Below are positions 8,079-17,649 of a stretch of 64,000 bases of DNA, one piece after another. The DNA is from an uncultured Actinomycetes bacterium (lineage in GTDB: Bacteria; Actinomycetota; Thermoleophilia; Solirubrobacterales; Solirubrobacteraceae). Location of the stretch: the NCBI GenBank assembly GCA_963746145.1, contig CAVVAC010000003.1, positions 1,124,557 to 1,188,556 on the forward strand, in the 5' to 3' direction. The position numbers and the translations under genes are program-made. The notes under the pieces are model-generated. The model was not told the origin of the DNA. It saw only the letters and a program-made list of their open reading frames with translations, and did no database searches. Position 1 is the first letter of the stretch; each line of letters opens with the position of its first letter.

Positions 8079-9447
8079 GGCTCGCATCTTCGACGCTCGC
8101 GCGGACGCGACCGTCGTGGAAGCGCAGCGCGAGCGCGCCGGCCGCGCGCGCCTGCGCGGCCGACGTCAGCGCCTCGCCCGCGGGGTCCTCGACGATCGCG
8201 TAGCCGCGCGCGAGCGCGCGCTCGGGGTCGTGCGCGGCGAGCGCGAGCGCCAGCCGTTCGAGATCGCGCTCGCGCTGCGTCGCCGCGCTCGCGCCGCTGC
8301 GGCGCAGGCGCTCGGCGTCGTGCGCGAGCGCCGCCCCGGCGCGCGTGCCGGCAACCGCCGTCGCGGCCGCCTTGCGCCGCAGCACGAGCAGGCGCCGGTC
8401 GGTCTGCTCGCGCTCGCCGCGCCCGCGCCGCCGCGCGCTCGCGCGCAGCTCGCGCAGCTGCTGGTGCAGCCGCCGCTGGTGGCGCGCGACGTGCTCGGCG
8501 GGCGCGCGCGCCAGGCCGGCCAGCGCCCGCGCGCGCTCGAGCAGGGCGCGGCGGCCGTGCGCGTCGAGCCGCCGCGCCTCGCGCAGCAGGTCGGCGCGCG
8601 CGGCGTTGCAGTCGAGCGGCACCGCCGCCTCGGCCGCGTGCGTCGGCGTCGAGGCGGCGAGCGCCGCGACGTCGTCGATCAGCGTGCGGTCGCTGTGGTG
8701 CCCGACCGAGGCGATCACCGGCACGCGCAGCAGCGCGACCGTGCGGCAGAGCGTCTCGTCGCAGAACGCGAACAGGTCCGCGAGCGAGCCGCCGCCGCGC
8801 GCGACGACGATCACCTCGACCGCCTCGATCGCCGCCAGCTCACGCAGCGCCTGCGCGATCGCGGGCGCTGCGTGGCGGTCCTGCACCGGCGCGAAGCCCC
8901 AGATCAGGCGCCCCGCCCAGCCGCGGCGGCGCAGGCCCGCGAGGATGTCGTCGCGCGCCTTGCCGCCCTCGCCGGTGACGACGCCGATCGTGCGCGGCAG
9001 CATGGGGCGGGGGAGGTGCTTCTGCGGCTCCAGCAACCCCTCCTGCGCGAAGCGCCGCCGCAGCCGCTCGACCTGCGCCAGCAGGTCGCCCTCGCCGGCG
9101 ACGCGCAGGCCGCTCGCGCGGAACGAGAACGACGGCGAGGAGGTCGCGCTGCCGGGGTAGTAGTCGCAGCCGCCAGCGAGCACGACCTGCGCGCCGTCGA
9201 CCAGCTCGACGCCGAGCGGGTCGAAGTCGCTGCGCCACATCGAGCACGGCAGCGCGCCGCGCGGGTCGCGCAGTTCGAAGTAGACGGTCGTGCGGCTCGT
9301 GCGCAGGTTCCACAGCTCGCCGAAGACCTGCACGTGCGCGAACTCGCGCAGCCGCGCGCGCAGGCGGTCGGCGTACGCGCCGACCGGGAAGGGCCCGGGC
9401 AGCATGCTGCCGGGGATCCCGCTGGGCGCCGGCGTCGTCTCGCTCAT
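8071..9447 (-). CDS. xseA: Exodeoxyribonuclease VII large subunit
   Basis: N-terminal OB fold (VYFELRD), IVVARGGGSLADLFAF, PVIASVGH..D.TLID.VA...ASTPT.AAE, L.RGYAIV. Confidence 0.95.
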   Translation of the reverse strand: MSETTPAPSGIPGSMLPGPFPVGAYADRLRARLREFAHVQVFGELWNLRTSRTTVYFELRDPRGALPCSMWRSDFDPLGVELVDGAQVVLAGGCDYYPGSATSSPSFSFRASGLRVAGEGDLLAQVERLRRRFAQEGLLEPQKHLPRPMLPRTIGVVTGEGGKARDDILAGLRRRGWAGRLIWGFAPVQDRHAAPAIAQALRELAAIEAVEVIVVARGGGSLADLFAFCDETLCRTVALLRVPVIASVGHHSDRTLIDDVAALAASTPTHAAEAAVPLDCNAARADLLREARRLDAHGRRALLERARALAGLARAPAEHVARHQRRLHQQLRELRASARRRGRGEREQTDRRLLVLRRKAAATAVAGTRAGAALAHDAERLRRSGASAATQRERDLERLALALAAHDPERALARGYAIVEDPAGEALTSAAQARAAGALALRFHDGRVRASVEDASHD

Positions 9448-9480
9448 CGCCGCCAGCGTAGCGACGGACTCGGAGCGGTC

Positions 9481-9759
9481 CTACGCGTCGTCGGCGACGC
9501 TCGCGAGCGTCGCCATGTCCGGCTTCGCCGGCTCGCCGCGGACCTCGCCGGCGAATGCGATCGTCTCCAGGCGCGCGATCTCGCGCTCGCCCTCGACGCG
9601 TGCCGGGTGATCGACCGGCAGCGGGCGGATCAGGCGGCGGATGCGCTCGCGGATCTGCAGCGCGAAGTGCGGCGTCGAGGCGCCCATCAGCTGGCGCACG
9701 TCCTCGACCGTGACGAGGTGCTCGGGGCGCAGGCGGTCGGGGCGCTCGAATTGGCTCAT
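9481..9759 (-). CDS. Small hypothetical protein (92 aa)
   Basis: ATGA overlap with the upstream lipoprotein gene; high GC3. Confidence 0.75.
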   Translation of the reverse strand: MSQFERPDRLRPEHLVTVEDVRQLMGASTPHFALQIRERIRRLIRPLPVDHPARVEGEREIARLETIAFAGEVRGEPAKPDMATLASVADDA

Positions 9760-10931
9760 GGCGTGGGGCTGCTCGTGTCGATCGGCGTGACGTCGAGGAG
9801 GCTGTCGATGCGCGCCTGGGCGGCAAGTGAGATCGCGTCGGCGTCGCCGATCAGCCAGCCGTGATTGTAGACCGCATCGACCGGATCGCGCGTGTAGCCG
9901 GGCTGGATGTCGAGCAGGAATCCGCTCAGCGCCGACGGCAGCGCGGCGGCCTGCTCGACCAGCAGCAGCGGACCGTACGTCCCGCTCGCCGACAGCGGCG
10001 CGGCCGCCGCCGCGTCGAGCGGGCGATGCGCGCTGGCGAACACGAGCCCGTGGCCGGGCTGGTCGACGCCCCAGCCGAAGATCCCGTCGCTGAAGCGCGT
10101 GAACGCGATCGCAGAGCTGGCCGGATCGAGCCCTGTGATGCGCGTCACGCGACCGAGGCCGGCGAGCGCGCGTACGACCGCAGGGCCGATCGCGCTCTCG
10201 GGGCCGAGCACGTAGATGCGCGGCTTGTCGTGCGCCTGCAAGGCGGCGAACGTCGCGCCGGGGATCGTCGTGCGGTGCACGAACAGGATCGGCACGCCGC
10301 TCTTGGCGGCGTAGCCGGCCGCCGGCATCGCGTAGGCGGGGGCGTCGGCGGAGACGACCATCACCGCGCGCGACGCGCGCCCGACGGCCGGGCTCAGGAG
10401 GCGGCGGTCGATCGCGGCTGCGAGCGCGATCGGATCGGCGCCCGCGAGCGTGCTCGAGCGATAGCCGGCGGGGGCGGGGGCGTCGCCGATGCGGATCACC
10501 TGCGCGTCGCCCAGCTCGCTCGCGCCGCTCGGCGCCAGCGCCTTCAGCGCCTGCTCGCTGGCGGCCGGCAGCGTCGCGCCGTCGGACAGCAGCAGCGGCG
10601 CGCGCAGCGGCTTGCTCATCAGCACCGAGGCGGCGAGCGCCGCCTGCCACGAGCGCTGGTCGGCGAGCACGACCGCGCGCGGCTGCGCGCCCGGCACGCC
10701 GCCGGGGTAGACGGCGCGCGCCACGGCGGCGGCGTCGGCGACGGCGTCCGCCCCGCCGACGCGCGTCGTGTTCTTCGTCGCGAAGCCGGGGAAGCCGAGT
10801 TGGAGCGAGGCGTTCGACTGATCGCCGCGCTGTCCGATGCGGGGCGCGTCGAGGCCGCGCGGCTCGCCGCCGCAGCCCACGACGAGCAGCATCAGCAGCA
10901 GGCCGCTGAGGGGGATCCGGCGGCGGGGCAT
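9756..10931 (-). CDS. Lipoprotein with cell-wall-binding repeat 2 (CWB2)-like repeats
   Basis: Lipobox LLVVGC; three repeats beginning TRVGGAD, STLAGAD, TRITGLD with PLLL/PILF cores and IYVLGPESAIG. Confidence 0.75.
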   Translation of the reverse strand: MPRRRIPLSGLLLMLLVVGCGGEPRGLDAPRIGQRGDQSNASLQLGFPGFATKNTTRVGGADAVADAAAVARAVYPGGVPGAQPRAVVLADQRSWQAALAASVLMSKPLRAPLLLSDGATLPAASEQALKALAPSGASELGDAQVIRIGDAPAPAGYRSSTLAGADPIALAAAIDRRLLSPAVGRASRAVMVVSADAPAYAMPAAGYAAKSGVPILFVHRTTIPGATFAALQAHDKPRIYVLGPESAIGPAVVRALAGLGRVTRITGLDPASSAIAFTRFSDGIFGWGVDQPGHGLVFASAHRPLDAAAAAPLSASGTYGPLLLVEQAAALPSALSGFLLDIQPGYTRDPVDAVYNHGWLIGDADAISLAAQARIDSLLDVTPIDTSSPTP

Positions 10932-11003
10932 CGCGCCGCACGATAGCCCGCGAGCCCGCGGATCGAGCTACCGGCAGATGAACATGGACGTTCGCGCGGG
11001 CGC

Positions 11004-11031
11004 TACAATCGCTGGTTGACTGACCAGTCAA
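11004..11031 (+). promoter_or_regulatory. -10 box TACAAT plus palindromic operator TTGACTG-AC-CAGTCAA
   Basis: TACAAT 11004-11009; perfect 7-bp dyad 11016-11031 over the expected transcription start of the acyl-CoA dehydrogenase gene. Confidence 0.65.
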
Positions 11032-11054
11032 TCTGCCGAGCAACGGGAGGGACC

Positions 11055-12320
11055 GTGGACTTTCGACTGTCCGACGAGCAGCTGGAGTTCCAGGCGCACT
11101 GCCGCCGCTTCGCGACCGAGGTCATCCGCCCGCAGGCCGAGCGCTACGACCGCGAGCAGGCCGTCCCCTACGAGCTCGTCGCCGAGGCGCGCCGCTGGGG
11201 CCTGCACGGCTTCGACCTGCTGACGAAGATGGCGACCGACGACCAGGGCCTGTTCGGCGTCATCTACGCGGAGGAGCTGCACTGGGGCTGCGCCGGCATC
11301 GCGCTCGCGATCTCCGCCTCCTCGCTCGCCGCCGCCGGCATCGCCGCCTCCGGCACGCCCGAGCAGATGCAGCGCTGGGTGCCCGAGTGCTTCGGCGTGG
11401 GCGAGCAGATCAAGTTCGGCGCCTACGCCGTCACCGAGCCCTCCGCCGGCTCCGACGTCAAGTCGCTGCGCACGACCGCCAGGTGCGACGGCGACGAGTG
11501 GGTCCTCAACGGCACGAAGGTCTTCATCTCCAACGGCGGCATCGCCGACGTCAACGTCGTCGTGGCGCTCACCGATCCCTCGATCGGCCACCGCAGCCAA
11601 GCCTCCTTCGTCGTGCCGAAGGGCACGCCCGGGCTCTCGCAGGGCAAGAAGGAGGACAAGATCGGCATCCGCGCCTCGCAGACGACCGAGGTCGTGCTGG
11701 AGGACTGCCGGATCCCGCTCGACCACCTGCTCGGCGGGATCGAGAAGCTCGAGCGCAAGCTCGAGCGCGCTCGCTCGGGGCAGAGCAGCGGCAGCTCCAA
11801 CGCGCTGGCGACGTTCGAGATCACGCGCCCGCTCGTCGGCGCCGGCGCGCTCGGCATCGCCCGCGCCGCCTATGAGACGACGCTCGACCTGCTCGAAGGC
11901 CGCAGCGACGAGAACGGCCCGCTGCTGGAGCAGCAGCGCATCCAGCAGGTGATCGCCGACGTCGCGACGGAGATCGAGGCCTCGCGGCTGCTCGTGCAGC
12001 GCGCCGCCTGGATGGGGCGCAACGGCGTGCCGATGACCGGCGGGCAGGGCTCGATGTCGAAGCTGAAGGCCGGCGACGTGACGATGTGGGCCACGACCAC
12101 GCTGATGGATCTCGTCGGTCCGGAGGCGGGCGTCGCCGGGCATCCGCTGGAGAAGTACTTCCGCGACGCGAAGATCTTCCAGCTGTTCGAGGGCACGGCG
12201 CAGATCCAGCGGCTCGTGATCTCGCGCATGCAGGTCGCCGAGCGCAAGCGACAGCTGGCCGAGGCGGCCGAGGTGCTCGCCGGCCTCGCCGAACGCGAGC
12301 GCGCGACGGCGCCGGCCTGA
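11055..12320 (+). CDS. Acyl-CoA dehydrogenase
   Basis: AVTEPSAGSD, LNGTKVFISNG, EDKIGIRASQT, FRDAKIFQLFEGTAQIQRLVI; GGGAGG SD before GTG 11055. Confidence 0.95.
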   Translation: MDFRLSDEQLEFQAHCRRFATEVIRPQAERYDREQAVPYELVAEARRWGLHGFDLLTKMATDDQGLFGVIYAEELHWGCAGIALAISASSLAAAGIAASGTPEQMQRWVPECFGVGEQIKFGAYAVTEPSAGSDVKSLRTTARCDGDEWVLNGTKVFISNGGIADVNVVVALTDPSIGHRSQASFVVPKGTPGLSQGKKEDKIGIRASQTTEVVLEDCRIPLDHLLGGIEKLERKLERARSGQSSGSSNALATFEITRPLVGAGALGIARAAYETTLDLLEGRSDENGPLLEQQRIQQVIADVATEIEASRLLVQRAAWMGRNGVPMTGGQGSMSKLKAGDVTMWATTTLMDLVGPEAGVAGHPLEKYFRDAKIFQLFEGTAQIQRLVISRMQVAERKRQLAEAAEVLAGLAERERATAPA

Positions 12321-12345
12321 AGGAGCTGAGCCCCCGCGGGATCCC

Positions 12346-13881
12346 TCAGCGCAGCGCGGCGACGACGCGGACCGTCACGCGATCGTCGTCGCGCTGCGTC
12401 CCGACCGCGAGCGAGCGGTAGGGGCGCACGTACGGCAGCACCTTCGAGAGATCCGCGATGCCGATTTCGTCGATCGAGTCCAGCAGGTCGGCGATTGGCG
12501 GCGCAAGCAGCACGAGCGATGGCGTGAAGCCGTCGCCGAGCGTCGCGATCGCGGCCTTGCCGGCCGCGCTGTCGCCGAAGCGCTGCTGCGGGTCGAGCAG
12601 GTCGCGTGCGGAGGAGGCGGCGTAGCCGATCGCGATGCGGTCGCCCTTGCGCTGCGCGACGATCGGCTGCGGCGAGCGCGGGATCCGCACCTCGAAGCCG
12701 CTGCCGAGCGAGCGAGCGCCGAGCCCCGCGCCCGCGAGCGCCTGCAGGCGCGTCATCAGCTTCGCGGCGGTGTCGGCGCTGCCGAGCTTCAGCTCGATCC
12801 CGCCGCCGAGGTCGAGCACGCTGCTGCCGCGCGCGAAGGCGGCCAGCCCGCCGAGCGAGTCGAGCAGGTCGCGGTCGAGATCGAGGCCCAGCACCGCGCG
12901 CACCTGCGCGGCCGCCGCGTCGTGCACGCCGGCCTGCTGGATCGCGGAGCGGATCAGCGGGCCGAGCGCGGGCGTCGCGAGCGCGAGCCACGCGTCGCCG
13001 GGCAGGTCGGTGAGCGCGAGGCCGCCGTCGTGCTGCTCGCCGAACACGCCGCCGCTGCTGGCGTCGGCGCCGATCTCGAGCTTGATCTGGTCCGCGCGAG
13101 CGGTCAGCGCGAGCGTGACGGGATCGCCGTCGCCGAGCAGCTTCAGCATCCGCGCGACGTTCGGATCGGTGTCCGGCCCGTGGAACTTCGACTTGAGCTG
13201 CTTCGGGTCCAGGAACGCGAACGCGAGCCGGTCGGCGTCGAGCGTCGCGAGCGCCGCCTTGAAGCGCGCGTCGTCGGCGAGCGCGGCGGCCCCCTTCGCA
13301 GCGTCGACCTCGGCCTTGAAGCCGTGCAGCGTGCCGGCCACGTAGAAGTCGCCGACGATCCCCTCGTAGGTGCTGCGGTCATCGACGTCGCGGTCGTAGG
13401 AGAAGCCGCGGTACGAGCCGGCCGGACGCTGCTCGTGGCGTGCGCGGAAGCGCTCGATCGCGGCCCTGGCGGCGGACGCGTCGCGGATCGACACCAGCGC
13501 CGCCCAGTCGATGTCCGCCGTCGTGTTCGCAGGCGGGAGGGCGAACGCGGCGATGCGCGAGCCCAGCCACGGGTCGATGTCGCGCGCGAACGTGTCGCCG
13601 TGCTCGCTCGCGCTGTCGATCAGCCGCGCGATCTGCGCCCCGGGATTCGCGACCAGCGCGACCTTGCGGATCGCCGTGCGCACGCCTGCCGCGCTGGCGC
13701 CCTGGGGACGCACGACCGCCTCGCCGTACGCGAACGCGGCGGCGGGGACGACGGCTGCGGGATCGGGCCCGGAGGCAGCCGCGCCGCCACCGGCGGCGGC
13801 CGTGGCGCCGCCACCGCCGCCGCAGCCCGTGAGCGCGAGCAGCAGCAGGACCGACGCGAGGGGGAGTGCGCGCAGCGACAT
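12346..13881 (-). CDS. DUF3352-like lipoprotein
   Basis: Lipobox LALTGC; DPAAVVPA.A.AY.E, DIDPWLG.RIA, VGDFYVAG motifs; -10 TACGAT 7 nt before ATG 13881. Confidence 0.65.
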   Translation of the reverse strand: MSLRALPLASVLLLLALTGCGGGGGATAAAGGGAAASGPDPAAVVPAAAFAYGEAVVRPQGASAAGVRTAIRKVALVANPGAQIARLIDSASEHGDTFARDIDPWLGSRIAAFALPPANTTADIDWAALVSIRDASAARAAIERFRARHEQRPAGSYRGFSYDRDVDDRSTYEGIVGDFYVAGTLHGFKAEVDAAKGAAALADDARFKAALATLDADRLAFAFLDPKQLKSKFHGPDTDPNVARMLKLLGDGDPVTLALTARADQIKLEIGADASSGGVFGEQHDGGLALTDLPGDAWLALATPALGPLIRSAIQQAGVHDAAAAQVRAVLGLDLDRDLLDSLGGLAAFARGSSVLDLGGGIELKLGSADTAAKLMTRLQALAGAGLGARSLGSGFEVRIPRSPQPIVAQRKGDRIAIGYAASSARDLLDPQQRFGDSAAGKAAIATLGDGFTPSLVLLAPPIADLLDSIDEIGIADLSKVLPYVRPYRSLAVGTQRDDDRVTVRVVAALR

Positions 13882-13971
13882 CGCGTGCATCGTATGCGGA
13901 ACGTGCGGGAAAAAGCGCCACGTCGGCCTGCAGCCTGGCGTTCCGCCTGCCCTTTCGGCTAGGATGCCGCG

Positions 13972-14100
13972 CAACGCCGAATCCACGGTCCGAAACCGTG
14001 GACCGGGGGACCCAGATGTATGGGGCTAATCCCACGAGATGTTCGTGGGAGGCGCTGGCTCTTTCCGCGCTCGCCCGACAGCTAACCCCGGAGGCCGACG
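13972..14100 (+). promoter_or_regulatory. c-di-AMP (ydaO/yuaA) riboswitch 1
   Basis: CGCCGAATCC...CCGGGGGACCCA...TGGGGCTAATC...GCCCGACAGCTAACCCCGGAGGC; -10 TAGGAT 13960-13965; lies upstream of an NlpC/P60 gene. Confidence 0.93.
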
Positions 14101-14113
14101 AAAGAGGAAGCTG

Positions 14114-14761
14114 TTGCGCGCAAGGACCCTTGTCGTGCTGGGTCTCATGACGTTCGGCTTTACCTGTGCCCCCGTGGCCGCCGATGCGGCGACCGGCGGC
14201 GCCGGCGTCCCGACCGCTCCCGCGAAGCAGACGTCGAAGCAGGCGGCCGCCGACCAGCCGCAGTCCTCGACGCTGGCCACCGCCACGCAGCCGGACGTCG
14301 CCGGCGGAGCCGCCTTCGGCTCGGTCCCCTTCATGCTCCACCCGACCGTCCCGGGCGACGTCGGCCAGATCAAGAACGGCGTCGCCTACGCGCCGCAGAA
14401 CGCGCCGATCGAGGTGCAGCGCGCGATCTGGGCAGCCGACAAGCTGCTGCACAAGCCCTACATCTACGGCGGCGGGCACCAGAGCTTCCAATCGCGCGGC
14501 TATGACTGCTCCGGCACCGTCTCCTTCGCGCTGCACGGCGGCGGCCTGCTCGACAGCCCGCTCGACTCCGGCTCGTTCATGTCGTGGGGCCAGCGCGGCA
14601 AGGGCGCATGGATCACCGTCTACACGAATCCCGGCCACGCCTGGGCGATCATCGCCGGCATGCGGCTCGACACGAGCGGCGCGGGCGAGTCGGGTCCGCG
14701 CTGGCGCGTGGAGTCGCGCTCGACGCGCGGCTTCAAGGCGCGCCACCCCGACTCCTTCTGA
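14114..14761 (+). CDS. Secreted NlpC/P60 peptidoglycan endopeptidase
   Basis: TTG start after AGAGGA SD; signal peptide; KPYIYGGGH...YDCSG (Cys), GHAW (His). Confidence 0.9.
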   Translation: MRARTLVVLGLMTFGFTCAPVAADAATGGAGVPTAPAKQTSKQAAADQPQSSTLATATQPDVAGGAAFGSVPFMLHPTVPGDVGQIKNGVAYAPQNAPIEVQRAIWAADKLLHKPYIYGGGHQSFQSRGYDCSGTVSFALHGGGLLDSPLDSGSFMSWGQRGKGAWITVYTNPGHAWAIIAGMRLDTSGAGESGPRWRVESRSTRGFKARHPDSF

Positions 14762-14839
14762 CGCCCGGCTCCTGGCTCGCGCCAGCGGCTCGGTAGGCTA
14801 GGCGGACCTGCCCCTCGAAGCTGCTGCAAGGAGGATGCG

Positions 14840-15625
14840 ATGGCCGGTTTGTCCGGGCGCCTCTCCACCGTCGTGAAGGCGAAGATCTCGAAGCTGCTGG
14901 ATCGCGCCGAGGATCCGTCGGAGACGCTGGAGTACAGCTACCAGAAGCAGATGGAGCTGCTCCAGAACGTCAAGAAGGGCCTCGCCGACGTCGTCACGGC
15001 GAAGAAGCGGCTCCAACTGCAGTCGCAGAAGCTCGAGCAGCAGGTCGTCAAGCTCGACACGCAGGCGCGCCAGGCGCTCGCGGCGGGCAACGAGCAGCTC
15101 GCGCGGACCGCGCTGGAGCGCAAGACGACCGTCCAGACCGAGCTCCAGGGGCTCGATCCGCAGATCGTCGAGCTCGAGGGCCAGCAGCAGTCGATGATCG
15201 ACAACCAGGCGAAGCTGCAGGCGAAGATCGAGGCCTTCCGCTCGAAGAAAGAGGTCATCAAGGCGCAGTACTCGGCCGCCGAGGCGCAGGTGCGCATCTC
15301 CGAGGCCGCCACGGGCGTCGGCGAGGAGATGGCCGACGTCGGCCTCGCGATGCAGCGCGCGCTGGACAAGACCGAGAACATGCGCGCTCGCGCCTCCGCC
15401 GTCGACGAGCTGGAGAAGGCCGGCGCGTTCGAGGACCTCACGCAGCTCGGCGGCGGGCAGGACGACATCGACCGTCAGCTCGCGCAGCTCAGCAGCGGCA
15501 CGCAGGTCGACAGCGAGCTGGACAAGATGAAGGCCGAGCTGGCGGCCGGCGGCGCCCCGTCCGCGGGTGAGCTGGGCAGCGGCGAGACCGCCACGGGCAC
15601 GGGCGGCACGGAGCAGTCGGCATGA
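14840..15625 (+). CDS. pspA: PspA/IM30 family protein
   Basis: LLDRAEDPSETLEYSY, long coiled coil, ARASAVDEL, EL.KMKAEL; AGGAGG SD. Confidence 0.93.
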   Translation: MAGLSGRLSTVVKAKISKLLDRAEDPSETLEYSYQKQMELLQNVKKGLADVVTAKKRLQLQSQKLEQQVVKLDTQARQALAAGNEQLARTALERKTTVQTELQGLDPQIVELEGQQQSMIDNQAKLQAKIEAFRSKKEVIKAQYSAAEAQVRISEAATGVGEEMADVGLAMQRALDKTENMRARASAVDELEKAGAFEDLTQLGGGQDDIDRQLAQLSSGTQVDSELDKMKAELAAGGAPSAGELGSGETATGTGGTEQSA

Positions 15626-15900
15626 TCGTGCGGATCGCCACCGAAGGTCAGTACGAGCTGTCCGACGACGCGGTCGCGCGCCTCAACGCGCTCGACAACG
15701 ACGCGGTCGCCGCCGTCGAGGCGGGCGACGAGGCGCGCTTCGCCGAGCTGTTCGGCCAGATCATCGGGCTGATCCACGCCGAGGGCAGCGCGCTCGCGGA
15801 GGACGACCTGCGCGGCTCCGACGTGATCGTGCCGCCGTCCGACACCTCCTTCGAAGAGGCGCGTGCCGACTTCAGCGGCGAGGGCCTGATTCCGGGCTGA
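15622..15900 (+). CDS. PspA-associated protein PspAA-like
   Basis: MIVRIATEGQYEL...LNALDN...SDVIVPPSD pattern; ATGA overlap with pspA. Confidence 0.75.
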   Translation: MIVRIATEGQYELSDDAVARLNALDNDAVAAVEAGDEARFAELFGQIIGLIHAEGSALAEDDLRGSDVIVPPSDTSFEEARADFSGEGLIPG

Positions 15901-15908
15901 CCGGGGCT

Positions 15909-16310
15909 TCAGGCCACGAGCGTCCGGAACAGCCGCTCGAGCGTCGCCGCCGGATCGGCGGTGAGGCCCGTGTGGACCTCCGACGGCTGGACGATCGTCG
16001 AGGACGGCGCGACGAGCCAGCCGAAGCGCTCGGACGGCGGCTGGGCGGCGAGCGCGCCGGCCAGCGGGTCGCCGGCGGCGACCCGCACGAGCGCGTCGAG
16101 CTGCGCGCGCAGCGGCGTCGCGTCGAGCTGCGGCGCGAGCGCCGCGAGCCGCACCGGGTCGAGCTGGGCCTGCAGCGCCAGGTAGTCATGCTGGCGGCAG
16201 AACAGCACGACGCCCACGTTGAGGCGCTCGCCGCGCTCGACCTGCGGCACGACGCGCAGCAGCGCGTACGCGAACGGTCGCGCGACTGCCTGCTGCTCAG
16301 CCGCGGACAC
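15909..16310 (-). CDS. DUF3037 protein (partner of HipA-like kinase)
   Basis: FAYALLRVVPQVERGERLNVGV.LFC, ERF.WLVAPSSTIVQPS.VHTG; overlaps the kinase stop. Confidence 0.88.
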   Translation of the reverse strand: MSAAEQQAVARPFAYALLRVVPQVERGERLNVGVVLFCRQHDYLALQAQLDPVRLAALAPQLDATPLRAQLDALVRVAAGDPLAGALAAQPPSERFGWLVAPSSTIVQPSEVHTGLTADPAATLERLFRTLVA

Positions 16311-17064
16311 GCTCCACCTCCTCGACGAACGCGCGCGGCGCCGCGAGGCGCGCGTGCAGGAATGCGGCGAAGTCGGCGCGCCGCGCGGCCGGGTCTGCGC
16401 CCAGCCACTCGTCCGGGACGCTGGTGACGGCCTCCTCGACGGCGGCGCCGGCGCGCTCGGCCAGCCGCGCGTCGGCGTCCGCGAGCGGCCCGGCGAGCGG
16501 CAGCAGCACGTGCTCCGCGAACGGCTGCTGCGGCAGCGGCGCATGCGCATGCGCGGCGAGCGGCCGCGCGCCGTGCTGCTGGTAGAACGCCGCGCCGTGG
16601 TCGATCAGCCACGTGCGCCGATGCCACACGAGCAGGTTCGGGTTGCCGTGCGTGCGGTCGACGTTCGTCACGAGCGCGTCGAACCAGACGACGTCGGCCG
16701 CCCACGCGGCGTCGCCCGGCGGGGAGGCGGCGAGCGCGAACGGCAGCGCGCCGGGCAGGAAGTCCATCCCGAGGTTCGCGCCGACGCTGCCGACCACCAG
16801 CTCCTGGATCTCCGGGTCGGGCTCGGCGCGGCCCAGCTCGGCCGCGACCTCGACGATCGCCAGCTCCGGTACCCCCAGGCCGAGCGCGCGCGCCAGCTCG
16901 CCCGCGACGACCTCCGCCACGAGCGCACCCTCGCCCTGGCCGGCAGCGCGGAACTTCGTCACGTAGAGGCCGTCGTCGTCGGCCTCGATCAGGCCCGGCA
17001 GCGAGCCGCCCTCGCGCAGCGCGGCGACGTAGCGGGTGGCGCTGACGCGGCGCAGCTCGGGCAC
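16297..17064 (-). CDS. HipA-like (HipA_2-type) kinase
   Basis: ATRYV..LREGGSLPG..EADD.G.YV.KF, LVAE, FDALVTNVDR...NPN, WLIDHG. Confidence 0.88.
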   Translation of the reverse strand: MPELRRVSATRYVAALREGGSLPGLIEADDDGLYVTKFRAAGQGEGALVAEVVAGELARALGLGVPELAIVEVAAELGRAEPDPEIQELVVGSVGANLGMDFLPGALPFALAASPPGDAAWAADVVWFDALVTNVDRTHGNPNLLVWHRRTWLIDHGAAFYQQHGARPLAAHAHAPLPQQPFAEHVLLPLAGPLADADARLAERAGAAVEEAVTSVPDEWLGADPAARRADFAAFLHARLAAPRAFVEEVERVRG

Positions 17065-17074
17065 GCCCGACAGC

Positions 17075-17647
17075 TTAGATCGGCGTCCCCCACAGCGGGA
17101 ACCAGCGCTCCAGCTCGGCCTCGAGCGGCAGCTCGGCGCCGACCTGCGCCTTCAGCCGCAGCTCGCGCTCGGTGTCGCGCTGCTGCTCGCCCGGCGCCGG
17201 CACGAACGGATAGAAGGCGCCGCGCTTGTAGTTGTAGATCCAGTACAGCGGGCGCTTGCCCTCGTCCTGGAAGGCGAACACGGCGCAGAGGATGCGCTCG
17301 CCGTAGCCGCCGGCCTCGAGCGCGCCGCTGACGGCGTTGACGCCGACGACGAGGTCGTCGAAGTCCTCGTCGCGCAGCAGCATCCAGCGGTAGCCGTAGT
17401 CGTCGTCGCGCGTCTCGACGGCGGTGCCGCTGTCGCTCGAGGTGCCCTGGACGACCTCGACCATGTCCTTCGCGATCTGCTCGAAGTCGGCCGTCGCGAG
17501 CGGCTGGAAGACGATTCCCGCGACGCCGCGCGTCGTGATCGACAGCTCCGTCTCGAACGTGACGTAGGCGGTGCTGAGCGCGAACAGGCGGTCCGGCGCA
17601 GGCTTCGCGAGCTTGCGCCGGCCGCTGAGGACGTCGAACAGGCCCAC
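17075..17647 (-). CDS. PspA-associated protein PspAB-like
   Basis: MGLFDVLSGRRK...D.LFAL..A, DDYGYRW, YWIYNYKRGAFYPFVP, RD...EL.L...LP.E.EL.RWFPLW; directly after htpX. Confidence 0.75.
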   Translation of the reverse strand: MGLFDVLSGRRKLAKPAPDRLFALSTAYVTFETELSITTRGVAGIVFQPLATADFEQIAKDMVEVVQGTSSDSGTAVETRDDDYGYRWMLLRDEDFDDLVVGVNAVSGALEAGGYGERILCAVFAFQDEGKRPLYWIYNYKRGAFYPFVPAPGEQQRDTERELRLKAQVGAELPLEAELERWFPLWGTPI

Positions 17648-17649
17648 TG

